DNA of 63,096 nucleotides, the filler included, from Octopus bimaculoides (lineage: Eukaryota), in NCBI RefSeq assembly GCF_001194135.2. It is 5 parts of 4 records of this genome, joined end to end, with 100 filler letters (N's around TTAATTAATTAA, not from the genome) between each part and the next. Parts side by side here need not be neighbours in the genome. Positions count along the whole stretch, not along the records: positions 24,059 to 41,649 come from NC_069001.1; positions 41,750 to 52,498 come from NC_068995.1; 3 more parts are not named here. The stretch is one strand, 5' to 3'. The notes under the pieces were generated by a model. It did not search any database and was not told where the DNA came from. It saw only the letters and a program-made list of their open reading frames with translations. Made by a program: the position numbers and the translations under genes. This document shows, in pieces, positions 38,802 through 51,288 of this stretch. Within the stretch, counting starts at the first letter, position 1; every line of letters begins with the position of its first letter.

Positions 38802-40899
38802 ACGGGAATATCTTGAAATCCTCAGAATGGAAGCAACAACTGCTGTTTTGCAGGGACAATTCTGTTAGCAAACAAAGATTATTTATTAGTAAGGGTCTGT
38901 AATTTAAACATTACTACAAAAGACTACCCTTATTATCATTTCTAGAAATAGGAGACAAAAATTTTAAGGGGGGAATAAATCAAACACCAGCCGGCTATCA
39001 CAATGGTAATTACACCACCAGCTGTCTAGTAGATTTAGTATTCAAAGAAAATAACTATATGTGTATATATGTATATAAAGAAAATTACCAAATTAGAACA
39101 GAGAAAAATGAACAAATAAATATAATCAAGGAAAACAATAGGAAAAAAATATTACTAATTATCTTAACCAGTGGAACATAGTGTACTATTGAAGTTACAT
39201 GAAAAATAACATAACGTGATACTATAAAATGTATGGAAATGTTCTGTAAAGGCTGAGAACAAAAAAAAACAATATTGACTATAAACAAAAGCAAAAAAAA
39301 AAAATGAAAAACTGAGTAAATATCAGAAAAAAAAACACAATATAAAAATACATTGTGATGTATTATTAAAGGTAAAATGCGATGTAACTAACAAAAAAAA
39401 AAAAAAAAGATAACGAAAGACTAATTATGTATTGCTAGCCAACCTCTTGTGAACGCCTGTCTGAATGTGGGTGTTTGTATGTATGTATGTGTATATACAC
39501 ATACACAATACACGCATATACTTCATTTATAGACATAGCCAGAGAAAATATATATAATCTACAGAAATACCCACCATTCTTTCTCTCTCTCATATATAAA
39601 TGTATGTATCTGCCTGTTTGTAGACACACACACACACACACACCTATATATATATGTGTATGTATATATACATATTATATATATATATATTATATATATA
39701 TATTTCTATAGATAATATAGAGTTGTGGTGTATGTATGTATNNNNNNNNNNNNNNNNNNNNNNNNNNNNNNNNNNNNNNNNNNNNNNNNNNNNNNNNNNN
39801 NNNNNNNNNNNNNNNNNNNNNNNNNNNNNNNNNNNNNNNNNNNNNNNNNNNNNNNNNNNNNNNNNNNNNNNNNNNNNNNNNNNNNATACAACAAATGTGT
39901 TTCTGTGTGTATGCTTACATCTGCTAGGAATATATAATTAATTGTTGTTCCACCATATACTTGCAGGTGATATACGTTAGAAGATTTCTGGTAGCAGCCA
40001 AAATTCTAGATCTGTGGTCTTGTGGTCTGCTGCAATGTCGGAGCCATTCGTTTAATATTCTACACTCTGAGAAATAGAATCATGACGATGACAATCTTGT
40101 TGTTGTTGATGACAATGATAACGACAATGGTGATTATAATGATGATGATGATGATGATGTTCATGCTGTAGTCATGGAGACTGTAAGCATTACATCTGAG
40201 TGTTTGCTGTCATCATACTTATTCTGGTCACATGACCTCCTCCTCCTCAAACATTAGTGAAATATAAACTAAGTAGGAGTTAGTCGTTGGTGTTTGCTTT
40301 CTATGTTTGGCACAAATTGGACAGTTTAAACACAGAACTGGTGAGCTGCAGGGTTGTATCAGGCACCTGTGTCACCTTTTTCTGCGGTTGGATGCCCTTC
40401 CTAATCCTTCAAGAACTTTGCAGAGCCCACTGCATGCTTTTGTTTTCTCCATTTTTTGTGTTATTGGCACTCGTTAGGCTGCCATGAAACTTGCGAGACA
40501 TTAATGAACAGAGGGAAAGGAAAGGGCAAAGCGTGTGAAAATGATGGAAAATGCTAGTATAAAGATGGGTAAGGTGGGAGAAATAGGGGTGGTGCAAGAA
40601 GGAAAGTAGAACAGAGAGTGTGTGCAAGTAGTGGAGAGGAAGATTTTAGAGTCATGATGGTCATTATGGGAGGACCCTTAGTATGATAGCAAATAAGGTA
40701 TTAAGAATGGAGTGTAGTAGTAGGGCATCACTGAGTAGTGCTTGAAGGCACAGAATGGTTGGACGGTGGTGATTGATTGAAATCGAGTGGGCAGGGTTGT
40801 ATATATATTGCTGATGTTATCGGAATTTCCTGAACTTTCAAGATAACGTGAAAAAAGTCGTTTTTAGAATATTAAATCTCAAAATATACAGATAAAGCT

Positions 40900-40993
40900 A
40901 AACACCAGTTCTTGTTCAATCACCGAAGTTAAACGTCATGCCTGGTTAGTGCTTCGATGGGTGACCGCTTGGGATACCTAGGTGTTGTAAGCA
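40900..40993 (+). pseudogene. 5S rRNA-derived sequence (about nt 23-119 of 5S), decayed
   Basis: AAACACCAGTTCTTGTTCAATCACCGAAGTTAAACGTCATGCCTGGTTAGTGCTTCGATGGGTGACCGCTTGGGATACCTAGGTGTTGTAAGC aligns by eye to metazoan 5S, including box C; the 5' ~22 nt is missing and there are several substitutions and deletions. Confidence 0.88.
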
Positions 40994-41552
40994 TCTTTTA
41001 CTCTAAGGCAGTGCTCCAGCATGGCTGCTGTCAAATGACTGAAACAAGCAAAAGAATCTTTTCTACTCTAGGCACAAGGCCCGAGATATTTTTGTGGGGG
41101 AAGGGGGTCAGTCAGTTACATCGACTCCAGTATTGAACTGGTACTTAATTTATTGACCCTGAAAGGATGAAAGGCAAAGTTGACCTTGGTGGAGTTTGAA
41201 CTCAGAAACAGGTAAAAGAATAAATGATATATAAACATTGGGTGGAAAAACACCCTTGGATAGAAAGTGTTAAAAGCTGCCATGGGATTTGAAACAAGGA
41301 TTTGAAATGTTGGATTTAGACATGACAAAAGGGAATTATAGATGTGTCGGGGAGGGGAGTATCTATATCTGTTTCTTTCTACCTTTATGTGTGTGAATTT
41401 AAGCCCAGGCTACCACACTTAAGGTGAGAAACTGAAAATAATCATAATTTATTGAAATTAGAATCAGAAGAAGAAAATGATTAGCAATAATGAAAATTGG
41501 TTTCTACAGAGATATGGAAAACAGCTAGCAGAAATGTCAGTTGATCAAATGT

Positions 41553-41583
<31 letters not shown>

Positions 41584-41598
41584 ATATGTGTGTGTATG

Positions 41599-41649
<51 letters not shown>

Positions 41650-41749
41650 NNNNNNNNNNNNNNNNNNNNNNNNNNNNNNNNNNNNNNNNNNNNTTAATTA
41701 ATTAANNNNNNNNNNNNNNNNNNNNNNNNNNNNNNNNNNNNNNNNNNNN

Positions 41750-41990
41750 AGTGCTCATGGGAACTGCCCATATCCTACGTAAAATACTGTCTATGTGATC
41801 TCAAATTTTAAAGCAAACACATAATTTTCTTATGGTTTCTTAAACATTCACTTGAACAAAACTGTACAAATCCAAATATATGGTACCCTAGGCATAACAC
41901 CTACATGAACTTCTAACCTGTTGTCTCTTGAGGTCTTTGGGTGAGACTTGGATCCAACTTGTACAAATGCAAAACAAAAGTCAAACATAA

Positions 41991-42064
<74 letters not shown>
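41750..42064 (+). mobile_element. 3' end of an R4/Dong-like non-LTR retrotransposon plus (TAA)n
   Basis: VLMGTAHILRKILSM* C-terminus, ~190-bp 3' UTR, then (TAA)n at ~41992-42064; the 5' part is lost in a gap. Confidence 0.75.
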
Positions 42065-42109
42065 GGATTTCTTTATTAACCATAAGGGTTTAATAATAAT
42101 AACAATAAT

Positions 42110-43463
42110 TAATGGACATATGACAGCGAGCTACCAGGAAGAAACCATCACAAAGCAGAATTGAGAATCCGCAAAAAACAATGAAAGAGAACTTTGTCTT
42201 AATGTAAGCCATCTCAGGATATTGAAAGATTTTTCTCATATCGAGGAGTATATATATATATACAAAAAAATAGTTTCCCCCAGATGCACCGCTACGGTGA
42301 AGACTTTAAGACAAGATCAGAGTAGAATAGAAGCCTGGAAAGTGAAACACAAGATGATAATCTTCCCTTGAGAAAGGATACTTAATCAAAGAGAAAGGAT
42401 TTTGGACAATAATAGTAAAGTTAAAACAACGTATCATAGCAGTAGCAAGCAAGTTCTCCACATATAAGAGAAAATAGATCAGTATCAACAGAATAGATTA
42501 TTTGAGACAGACCAAAGGAGATTTTATAACCAAATAAATAGCGGAGAAAGAAGTACTGAAGATGAGAAACTTAATGCAGAAGCTAGAAAGTTCTGGAGTA
42601 ATATTTGGATAAGCCAGTCAATCATAATGGAGATGCAGCATGGTCAGAGAAAGTGAGGGTAATGAGTGAGAAGCAGTTAGAAATGTACGCAGCACGTGTA
42701 CTACAGCAGTACTATGTGTAGCTTAAATACTGAGATTGAAAAACTGGGCGAATTATACCTACCTAATCTACAAAACAATAAAGCATTTTGCACTTTTATG
42801 CATAGTAATCAAACTAACCTTCATAATTTTATTGAATTAGGTGCATATTTTGCCATGAGAGGAAAATGTTGCTATCAATCTATATTATTCAAGGTAGTCA
42901 ATGCCTACCTTGCCTGCCTTGGCGGCACATCCACTGGAAGCTATGCCAACACTATGGAATAACAACAGAAAAAAGATGGTATAGGCACACGCCAGAAAAG
43001 GTCACACAAAATGAGAAAGCAACCATACTCTGGGATATGCCAATACACACAGATAGAAAAACTAAGGCCAAAAGGCCAGATATAGTTGTCAGAGATCACG
43101 AAGAAAAAAATGCTTTCTAATCGATGTATCAATACCAAAAGATGACAATGTTTCTCTAAATGAAACGGAGAAATGTTCAAATTACAAAGATCTGGAAATA
43201 GAAGTAACTTGAATGTGGAGTCCAAAAACAGAAACAATTCCTATCATAGTAGGCGCCTTAGGTATGATAAAAAATGTTCAGACAAATACATAACAAAAGC
43301 ACCCAGACTAACTAGTATATATAATATACAGAAAATAGCACTACTCGGCCCCGCACACATCCTACGTAGAACACTTTCAATACAGCAAAACCATTGCACA
43401 TACCCAACGCACATAGAGATGCGCTCGGTAATGCAGTGAAAGCACGTGATAAAAAGAAGACTA

Positions 43464-43537
<74 letters not shown>
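42110..43537 (+). mobile_element. R4/Dong-like non-LTR retrotransposon lacking its RT domain; restriction-like endonuclease end plus (TAA)n
   Basis: N-terminal part LKQRIIAVASK..YQQNRLFETDQRRFYNQI..RKFWSNIW. C-terminal part HIHWKLCQHYG..ILWDMPIHTD..RPDIVV..IDVSIP..KYKDLEIE..TIPIIVGALG..KIALLGPAHILRRTLSIQ. (TAA)n at ~43468-43537. Confidence 0.88.
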
Positions 43538-43538
<1 letters not shown>

Positions 43539-44018
43539 TGGCGTATGTGCTAATTTAATGCTTAAGCAATGTTTAAGCTGGCGAGTTTGCGTTAAAACAA
43601 TTGTAGGGTATACTAAAGGGTATTGCTCAATCCATTTTCTATTATNNNNNNNNNNNNNNNNNNNNNNNNNNNNNNNNNNNNNNNNNNNNNNNNNNNNNNN
43701 NNNNNNNNNNNNNNNNNNNNNNNNNNNNNNNNNNNNNNNNNNNNNNNNNNNNNNNNNNNNNNNNNNNNNNNNNNNNNNNNNNNNNNNNNNNNNNNNNNNN
43801 NNNNNNNNNNNNNNNNNNNNNNNNNNNNNNNNNNNNNNNNNNNNNNNNNNNNNNNNNNNNNNNNNNNNNNNNNNNNNNNNNNNNNNNNNNNNNNNNNNNN
43901 NNNNNNNNNNNNNNNNNNNNNNNNNNNNNNNNNNNNNNNNNNNNNNNNNNNNNNNNNNNNNNNNNNTATATATATATATATATATATATACAGAGATGCA
44001 TATATACATACATTATAT

Positions 44019-44068
<50 letters not shown>

Positions 44069-44917
44069 ATATACACATACGTATGTCTGTCTGTATTCAT
44101 GTATGTACGTCTGTATGTGTATTGTCCATGCAGATACATGGAGAAATCTGACCGACGCTCATACATTTTTAATATAGGCAACCAACAGTTTCCCAAGCAA
44201 CAACTTTCTCTTCTCCTTTGCACTCCACCGATGTCATCAGACAGAAAGATTGGGAGATATGCAGCCTGCCACAAGTTCTGTCACAGGCGTGCTCAAATAA
44301 TTATTTTTGTCCAACGCTCGAACAATGTCAGCGGCATGTAAGTAATAATGCTTCGTTTGCTCCTTCTGAACATATTTCATGACTATGAAACCGCTATTCT
44401 GAATTACATAGCGAAGACTGACGTAGCTAACATGATAAATCACTGGATCGCTACATTCAAGCCATTATTCCTTAAGTTATGCTTATAATGACTTTCACAA
44501 ATGTTTGAAGATGAAAATATCCCACTTGTCTACCGTTATATACTTCAGTTTAAAAGATAATGATCCACCGAGAGTAACAGACTTAGTGTGACACTTGTTT
44601 AATTTATGGCTGGTTTACACGAACGTGAAGAACAATGTATTTCCCTCTTCTTGATTTTGCGACAAAAACAAGGTCTCTTACGATAGATGTTTCACATTAC
44701 ATAGCAACTGACTTAACAAATAATTTCTAGGAATCTATAAAAACGATGTCTTCATTTACACCACCATATACCCTTCAGAAATGTATGAAGGTCACATTGT
44801 CTCATTTCTATTCATCTATTACTCTTATTCAAAAGCCACTTACGTTTTTAGAAGTGGAATGTAATAAGTATCTGAGATCTTCTTGCAAGATAATCCTGCA
44901 ATATATAGCAGAAAAAA

Positions 44918-45075
44918 GGTGGTGAGCTGGCAGAGTCGTTAGCACGTAGGGCAAAATTCTTCACGTTCTGGATTCAAATTCCATCGAGGTCGACTTTGCC
45001 TTTCATCCTTTTGTGGTCGATAAAATAAGTACCAGTTGAACACTGGGGTCGATGTAATCGATTCATCCATTGCTC
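44918..45075 (+). mobile_element. CORE-like SINE
   Basis: GGTGGTGAGCTGGCAGAGTCGTTAGCAC..GAGGTCGACTTTGCCTTTCATCCTTT..GATAAAATAAGTACCAG. Confidence 0.85.
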
Positions 45076-45649
45076 TCCTTGTACCACAATTTGACATCAG
45101 TATATGACAGACCTTAAGACCCAGGCAAAATACACAAGTGTTACACGAGTTCGATTCTAAGACAAAAGTATTTCAGCTTGAGACCTCTAACAAATGTTGC
45201 TTGGGAAATCTGTCAACGCCAAAATTTTTTAATTTCTATATCTCTTCTCACCCTAAATATAGAAAATTTTAAATATATCAATACTTTTAAGAGTAGGAGT
45301 GTGATGGAAAGATCCACTTTGCCGAAGTTTATCGTATTTGATGAGAAAAGTATAGGTTATTTAAATGATGAGAATTTGTTGTGCCACGATGCTGACAGAG
45401 AACAGGTGGGATGAAGGAAAAACGGTTGTAGTAGGATATGTATGTATGTATGTATGTATGTGAAAAAGAGAGGCAGGGAATGATGAAGAATGAAAGAGAC
45501 AGGGAATGTCCGGGCGTGAGTTCTACGGTTGGTCGCTCTTCTAGTTTTGTTTTCATAATTCAATGTGATCATCGTTCTTCCCATTTATAGTCGACTTAAT
45601 AGAAATTAGCCGACCGGGTGGGCGTCGGATGGTTGGCGTTGGGAGTTGG

Positions 45650-45686
<37 letters not shown>

Positions 45687-45980
45687 TGAGTGTGTGTGTG
45701 ANNNNNNNNNNNNNNNNNNNNNNNNNNNNNNNNNNNNNNNNNNNNNNNNNNNNNNNNNNNNNNNNNNNNNNNNNNNNNNNNNNNNNNNNNNNNNNNNNNN
45801 NNNNNNNNNNNNNNNNNNNNNNNNNNNNNNNNNNNNNNNNNNNNNNNNNNNNNNNNNNNNNNNNNNNNNNNNNNNNNNNNNNNNNNNNNNNNNNNNNNNN
45901 NNNNNNNNNNNNNNGTGTGTGTGTCTGTTTGTGTGTCTGTGTGTGTCTGTGTGTGTGTCTGTGTGTGCCTCTGTGTGTGC

Positions 45981-46024
<44 letters not shown>

Positions 46025-46968
46025 TTTGGCGCGTTGGTCTGAAGAATGAAGGCAGGCTCGATGACAGAGAAAATATATCAGTCTCCCAATGCTGTATCAG
46101 ATTCAAATCCATATGGCACTGATATTATTCATGTGACTCGACAAGAGGACGGCTTGGTCGAAAGAAATGCGTTTCTCAAAGAACGCCTTACTTCTGATAA
46201 GGGGCCAATAATTAGCTTATGGAAGGTAGTAGCTCTGTGAATCTCTCTATTATCAGTAGAACTTTTTTTCTTTTAGGTTCTTGTTGCTTTTGTTGTTGCT
46301 GCTGTCGGTGGCGTCACCGTCGCTGCCGCTGTTGCTGTTTTGTAGGTGGTTGATTTTTATATTCATGCTGTTAATGTTATTGTTCTTGTTGATATTCTTC
46401 TTCCATTTTATACTAATTTTGTTCTTTTCGTCTTCCTGTTCAGTATTATTTCTTTCCTTCTTTTTCTTCCTTTTTTTCCATTTCCCTATTTTTCTTTCAT
46501 TTCGGTGTTTCTATGATGATGATAATGATGACGACGACAATGGTGATGATGATGATGCTGATGATGATGATATTTTGCTATATTCTTTATTCTTTAAAAA
46601 AAAAAGCAAGTGGCAGTAGTAAAAACCGTAGATTAACTTTCTTGTTTCAATATAAATGTATAATAACAAAGATGTGGATGAGGATGAGAAGATGGGAGAA
46701 TAATAAATAGAGAAGGAGTAGGAAGACGACAAGACTGTTACGAAGATTTTTTTTAAAACCATTCTTCGTTTCACTAAACTCTGAACACTAAAAGAATTAC
46801 AATATGCAATGGTTTCCAGTTTAATAATCATAAGAATCGCATATTGAGACAAAAGAAGCATAATCAATTAGATCGACTCCGTTATATGGCGAGTACTTTA
46901 TTTTAATAACCCCAATTTGTCCGTTCGAACTGTTGTCATTTGTTGTTGATGATGGTGGTGATGATGGC

Positions 46969-47026
<58 letters not shown>

Positions 47027-47403
47027 GTGATGGTGATGGTNNNNNNNNNNNNNNNNNNNNNNNNNNNNNNNNNNNNNNNNNNNNNNNNNNNNNNNNNNNN
47101 NNNNNNNNNNNNNNNNNNNNNNNNNNNNNNNNNNNNNNNNNNNNNNNNNNNNNNNNNNNNNNNNNNNNNNNNNNNNNNNNNNNNNNNNNNNNNNNNNNNN
47201 NNNNNNNNNNNNNNNNNNNNNNNNNNNNNNNNNNNNNNNNNNNNNNNNNNNNNNNNNNNNNNNNNNNNNNNNNNNNNNNNNNNNNNNNNNNNNNNNNNNN
47301 NNNNNNNNNNNNNNNNNNNNNNNNNNNNNNNNNNNNNNNNNNNNNNNNNNNNNNNNNNNNNNNNNNNNNNNNNNNNNNNNNNNNNNNNNNNNNNNNNNNN
47401 NNA

Positions 47404-47586
47404 GGGTTAGTTTTAGGATTACGGTTAGGGTCATGATTATTTTTGCCATAGCCTTAACTCTAACCCTATAACTCATAACCATAACCCTAACCCTAACCCT
47501 AACCCCCAACCCTAACCCCAACCCTAACCCTAAAACCCTAGCCCTAAAACTCGAACCCTAACCCTAAAACCCTAAACCCTTACTAG
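47404..47586. repeat. Interstitial telomere-like (TTAGGG/CCCTAA) tract with strand switch
   Basis: Degenerate GGTTAG/TTAGGG units at 47404-47430, then ~20 degenerate CCCTAA units ending at TACTAG. Confidence 0.85.
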
Positions 47587-48103
47587 GGAATAATGATATA
47601 ATTAAACAGGGAATAACACACTTGACACCGAACAGCGGTAACTGTATTCAGCTGAATAGACGTCAGTAATTGGTTGAAATTACAGAAATACGACAACTTT
47701 AAGATGAAATAACTTGCGATGTACAATTTTTTTTTAAGAAGATTAAGAGAAGAAGTTGTTTTATATGACACATTCTACCAGTGTCCCAAGTTTGAAAGTG
47801 TTTCGTTAAGAAAACAAATGTTGCCCGTCAAACCCTAAAGATCCGATGGTGCTGGTGATGTTGGTGATGATGGAAGATGACGACGACGATGACGATGACA
47901 ATAATGATGAAGTTGATGGCGATGATGATTTTCTGCACCAAGTTAACCCTATTAAGAAGAGCCACGAACAAAAGACGTGATCCGCACGTCTTTTGGTGGT
48001 ACTAAGGATTAATATTTTTCAATATATCCTACTTTAAGACAGGAAGGTCTGATACGAAGGAGATTTGGCTATTATTTCTAGCAAGTCGAGTGAATGCATA
48101 GAT

Positions 48104-50610
48104 CAGGGGTCGGCAGCCAGCGGCCTGCAGGCCGGCGAGAATGAGTTGCTTATTTAAAATCTAAGTTTATTGTAATATGAGAGACGAGACTTTCGAATTA
48201 AATAAAAGGCCTGCTGTTACATTCTTCCACAAATCTTCTGATTCACTCCATCTAATGTCCACCACCAACCGGATGTGGACGCTTTGACAGCAAAAGCACA
48301 ATACATCATTTCTGCTCACACAACACAAAAATAATCACAATAATAATACAATACCGAAACATTTCTACCCAATCACCACCACTCCCGCGCAAAAAATAAA
48401 ACAAACAATTGAGAGCTGACTTGAGACTGCCGACAGACATAAAAAGACTGCCTCGAAGGGACAATTGTCTCAGTCGATGTACTGCCTTCACTCCGTCAAC
48501 CGCGACCCCCATCTCTGATTCGTGAAGCCGACAACAGCTTACCCCCGCCACCTACCGTCGATAAGTTACAAACACTCATTTTCTCGTGCTCGAATTTTTC
48601 ATTGAGTTCTGTTATATTATTACACATCTCTTCTCCAACAAGAAACTTTTACTGATTTATTTCATTATTGTATTTTTCAAATAATACATTTATTATTACC
48701 GTTTAAAATCTCGTTTTTTTCTTGTTGTCCTTGCCACCATACACTTACCGATTTCCACCTTTATCATCATCATCATTATCACCAACATTATACAAGTTAT
48801 TAGCCATAACCAACTGGTATTATTACAATTGTAATATGAGAGAAGAGGCTTTCGAATACAATAAAAGGTCTGCCATAAAAAAAAAAAGAATTATTTAGAT
48901 GTAAAAATTTTAACTTAAATTTTAATTTTATTCGTAGGAAAAAAATTCGATGACCATGAATGCAAAACGAAGAAAAGGTAGATGCTGAAAGCCGAATTTT
49001 CCAAGAAACTTGGACATTAGATTACTTCTTCATTGAGCACAGTGAGAACCCGATTTCTCTCATATGTTTAGAAAGCATTGCTGTAAATGAGGTAGCAAAT
49101 ATTAGGCAACATTATAAGACGCACCATTGTGAAAATTTTAGGACATTTATTGGACAAACAAGGAAAGGTGAAGTTGATCGATTGAAGTCTAGTTTTGGAA
49201 AACAAACGTCATTTTTTAAANNNNNNNNNNTGCCAGCACTGAAGTCTTAAAACGCATCGTTGAAAAGATGAAACCTTTTATAGATGGTTATTTTTTAAAA
49301 AAACTGCTTATTGGCAGTGTTGGGTAATGTTTGTCCAGAAAAAAGTTTTTATTTGAGGACGGTCACACGGCGGGTTGAAGAAATATCAGCAGATATTAAA
49401 AATCAATTAATCAACGCCTGCAGTGAATTACAATATTTTTCAATTGCAGTCGATGAGAGTACAGACTTAAGTGACATTGCACAATTTGCTGTCTTTGTGC
49501 GAGGAGTGACTTCAACTTTTCAGATCTTTGAAGAGTTTATTCAGTTAATTCCTGTGAAGGAAACTGTAACCGGAGCAGACATCTTTGAAGCTTTGTTGAA
49601 AATGATATCAGAAATAAAGTTTGATTTTTCGAAGCTAATTGGCATCACAAATGATGGTGCCCCAGTAATGGTACGACAAAATAAAAAGGCTTTGTTGCAG
49701 CTACTGTAAGAACATACAGAAAGCTTTGTAATCCACATAAACGTGTTAAAATTCATTGCATTATCTATCAAGAGGCATTGTGTGCCAAGTCTTTGAAATT
49801 TAAGAACTTATGGATATCGTTGTGAAGGCCGTGAATCTGATCCTGTTTCGTCAATTTAAACAGTTTTTGCTAGATACTGAGGCAGAATATGGCGTCCTTG
49901 CTTATTTCTGCGATGTACGGTGGCTTAGCCGAGGATCAATGCTGAAAAGAATACTTGCCTCACACAAGGAGGTGGCGATGTTTCTCGAAAGCATACGTGT
50001 GGATAGTTCACATTTTCGAGATCCTGATTGGCTTGCAACTTTGGCATTTATTGTGGATATTGTGACTCGTTTAAATAACTGAAGTTTACAACTTCAAGGT
50101 AAAACTCAGCTCCTAAATGAAATATATAACCATATTGTTGCCTTTGAAAAAAGTTACAGTTGTGGGAACGCCAACTTCGAAATACAAATTATGCGCATTT
50201 TCCATCATTTCGAGGAAGGAAACCACAGATTTCAGAGGTATTTGTGAATATAATCCAGGATTTCAGAAATCACGTTTTGCTGACTTGCTGCACGCAAGTC
50301 AGTTTAAATTGTTTGCTACACCATTTTGTGTGGAGGTGGAGACAGTATCAGAATGTTTTCAAATGGAATTGGTTGATATGCAGTGTGAGGACTTATTGAA
50401 ATCTATGCAAAATATATTTTTCCAAGGGGAAAGTATACCAACTTAGTGAATCATGCAAAAAATATGGCATCTTTGTTTGGAAGCACTTAGCAGTGTGAGC
50501 AATTATTTTCCAAATCGAAGCAAACTAAAAACAAAATTGAGAGCAAGATTAACTGATAATCATCTTGATGAAATTATGCTCTTGGCATCAACAAGTTTGA
50601 AGCCTATCAA
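48104..50610 (+). mobile_element. hAT (SPIN/Charlie-like, GTF2IRD2-related) DNA transposon, decayed, right end missing
   Basis: 5' TIR CAGGGGTCGGCAGCC at 48104. ATG at 48956, then frameshifted KRRKVDAESRIFQETWTLDYFF..LICLE..RQHYKTHH, FSIAVDESTD..AQFAVFVRG, ITNDGAPVM, FHCIIYQEALC, VRWLSRG and KLRARLTDNHL. Confidence 0.92.
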
Positions 50611-50611
50611 G

Positions 50612-51170
50612 TTGCCCATTAATGTTGACTTTCGGACACGGCAAACCAATGGTTGTTCTGTGTGTTCATCATCAGATCCTGGCAGAAATTTTTCTCGTCT
50701 GAGAAAAACCAAAGCATGTTTGGTTGAAGGAAATGCTTGAGTTTGTTCAAAAGCTTCGTGGCACGGTCTTTCCTCTTGTCTTTGATGGCTTGGGATAAAA
50801 ATTTCTCACCTTATATGAGGAATACCGAATGTCTTTATGTACTACCTGCCTGATAATAAACTCAGATACTCTCATGTCCCTGGTGTATTCACTTGATTGA
50901 CTTGAAGGGACCGTTGTCAATCATGGCCTGGATCTCACCAACAAACTCAGGAGTTTTTCTTACCAGAACTATCAGAGTGAGTTTTCCGGGCTGACGTACC
51001 TTCGTAATCACCATTAGACTCATCCATCTCTTTCCGAATTCTCTGCACTGTCTTCAGATTAACACCCCCAAACCTCTGAAATGTTCGTATTGGAGCTTCC
51101 GGTGCGGATGCCAAGAAGTACAGCATGTCGTTCTCAAATTTCTGGAAGAGTGAATCGCCTCTTGGTGCTG
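50612..51170 (-). mobile_element. Tc1/mariner-superfamily transposase 5' half (probably maT/DD37D-like)
   Basis: Minus frames give GVNLKTVQRIRKEMDESNGDYEG..TPEFVGEIQAMID..KDKRKDRATKLLNKLK..WFFSDEKNF; truncated after the first catalytic Asp. Confidence 0.8.
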
Positions 51171-51221
51171 TTTTATATATAAATATATAAAATGGCGATA
51201 ATTTACCCATCGCACGCTATA

Positions 51222-51286
<65 letters not shown>

Positions 51287-51288
<2 letters not shown>

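Noticed and set aside
40008-40056. RSVVLWSAAMSEPFV*, loosely resembling ACSF3 RLMVSGSAALP
   Set aside because: In-frame stop, no ERYGMTE motif and no suitable splice sites.
50625-50680. CTGATGA..GAAA on the minus strand
   Set aside because: It lies inside transposase coding sequence, has no U16.1 and helix II pairs poorly; chance match.
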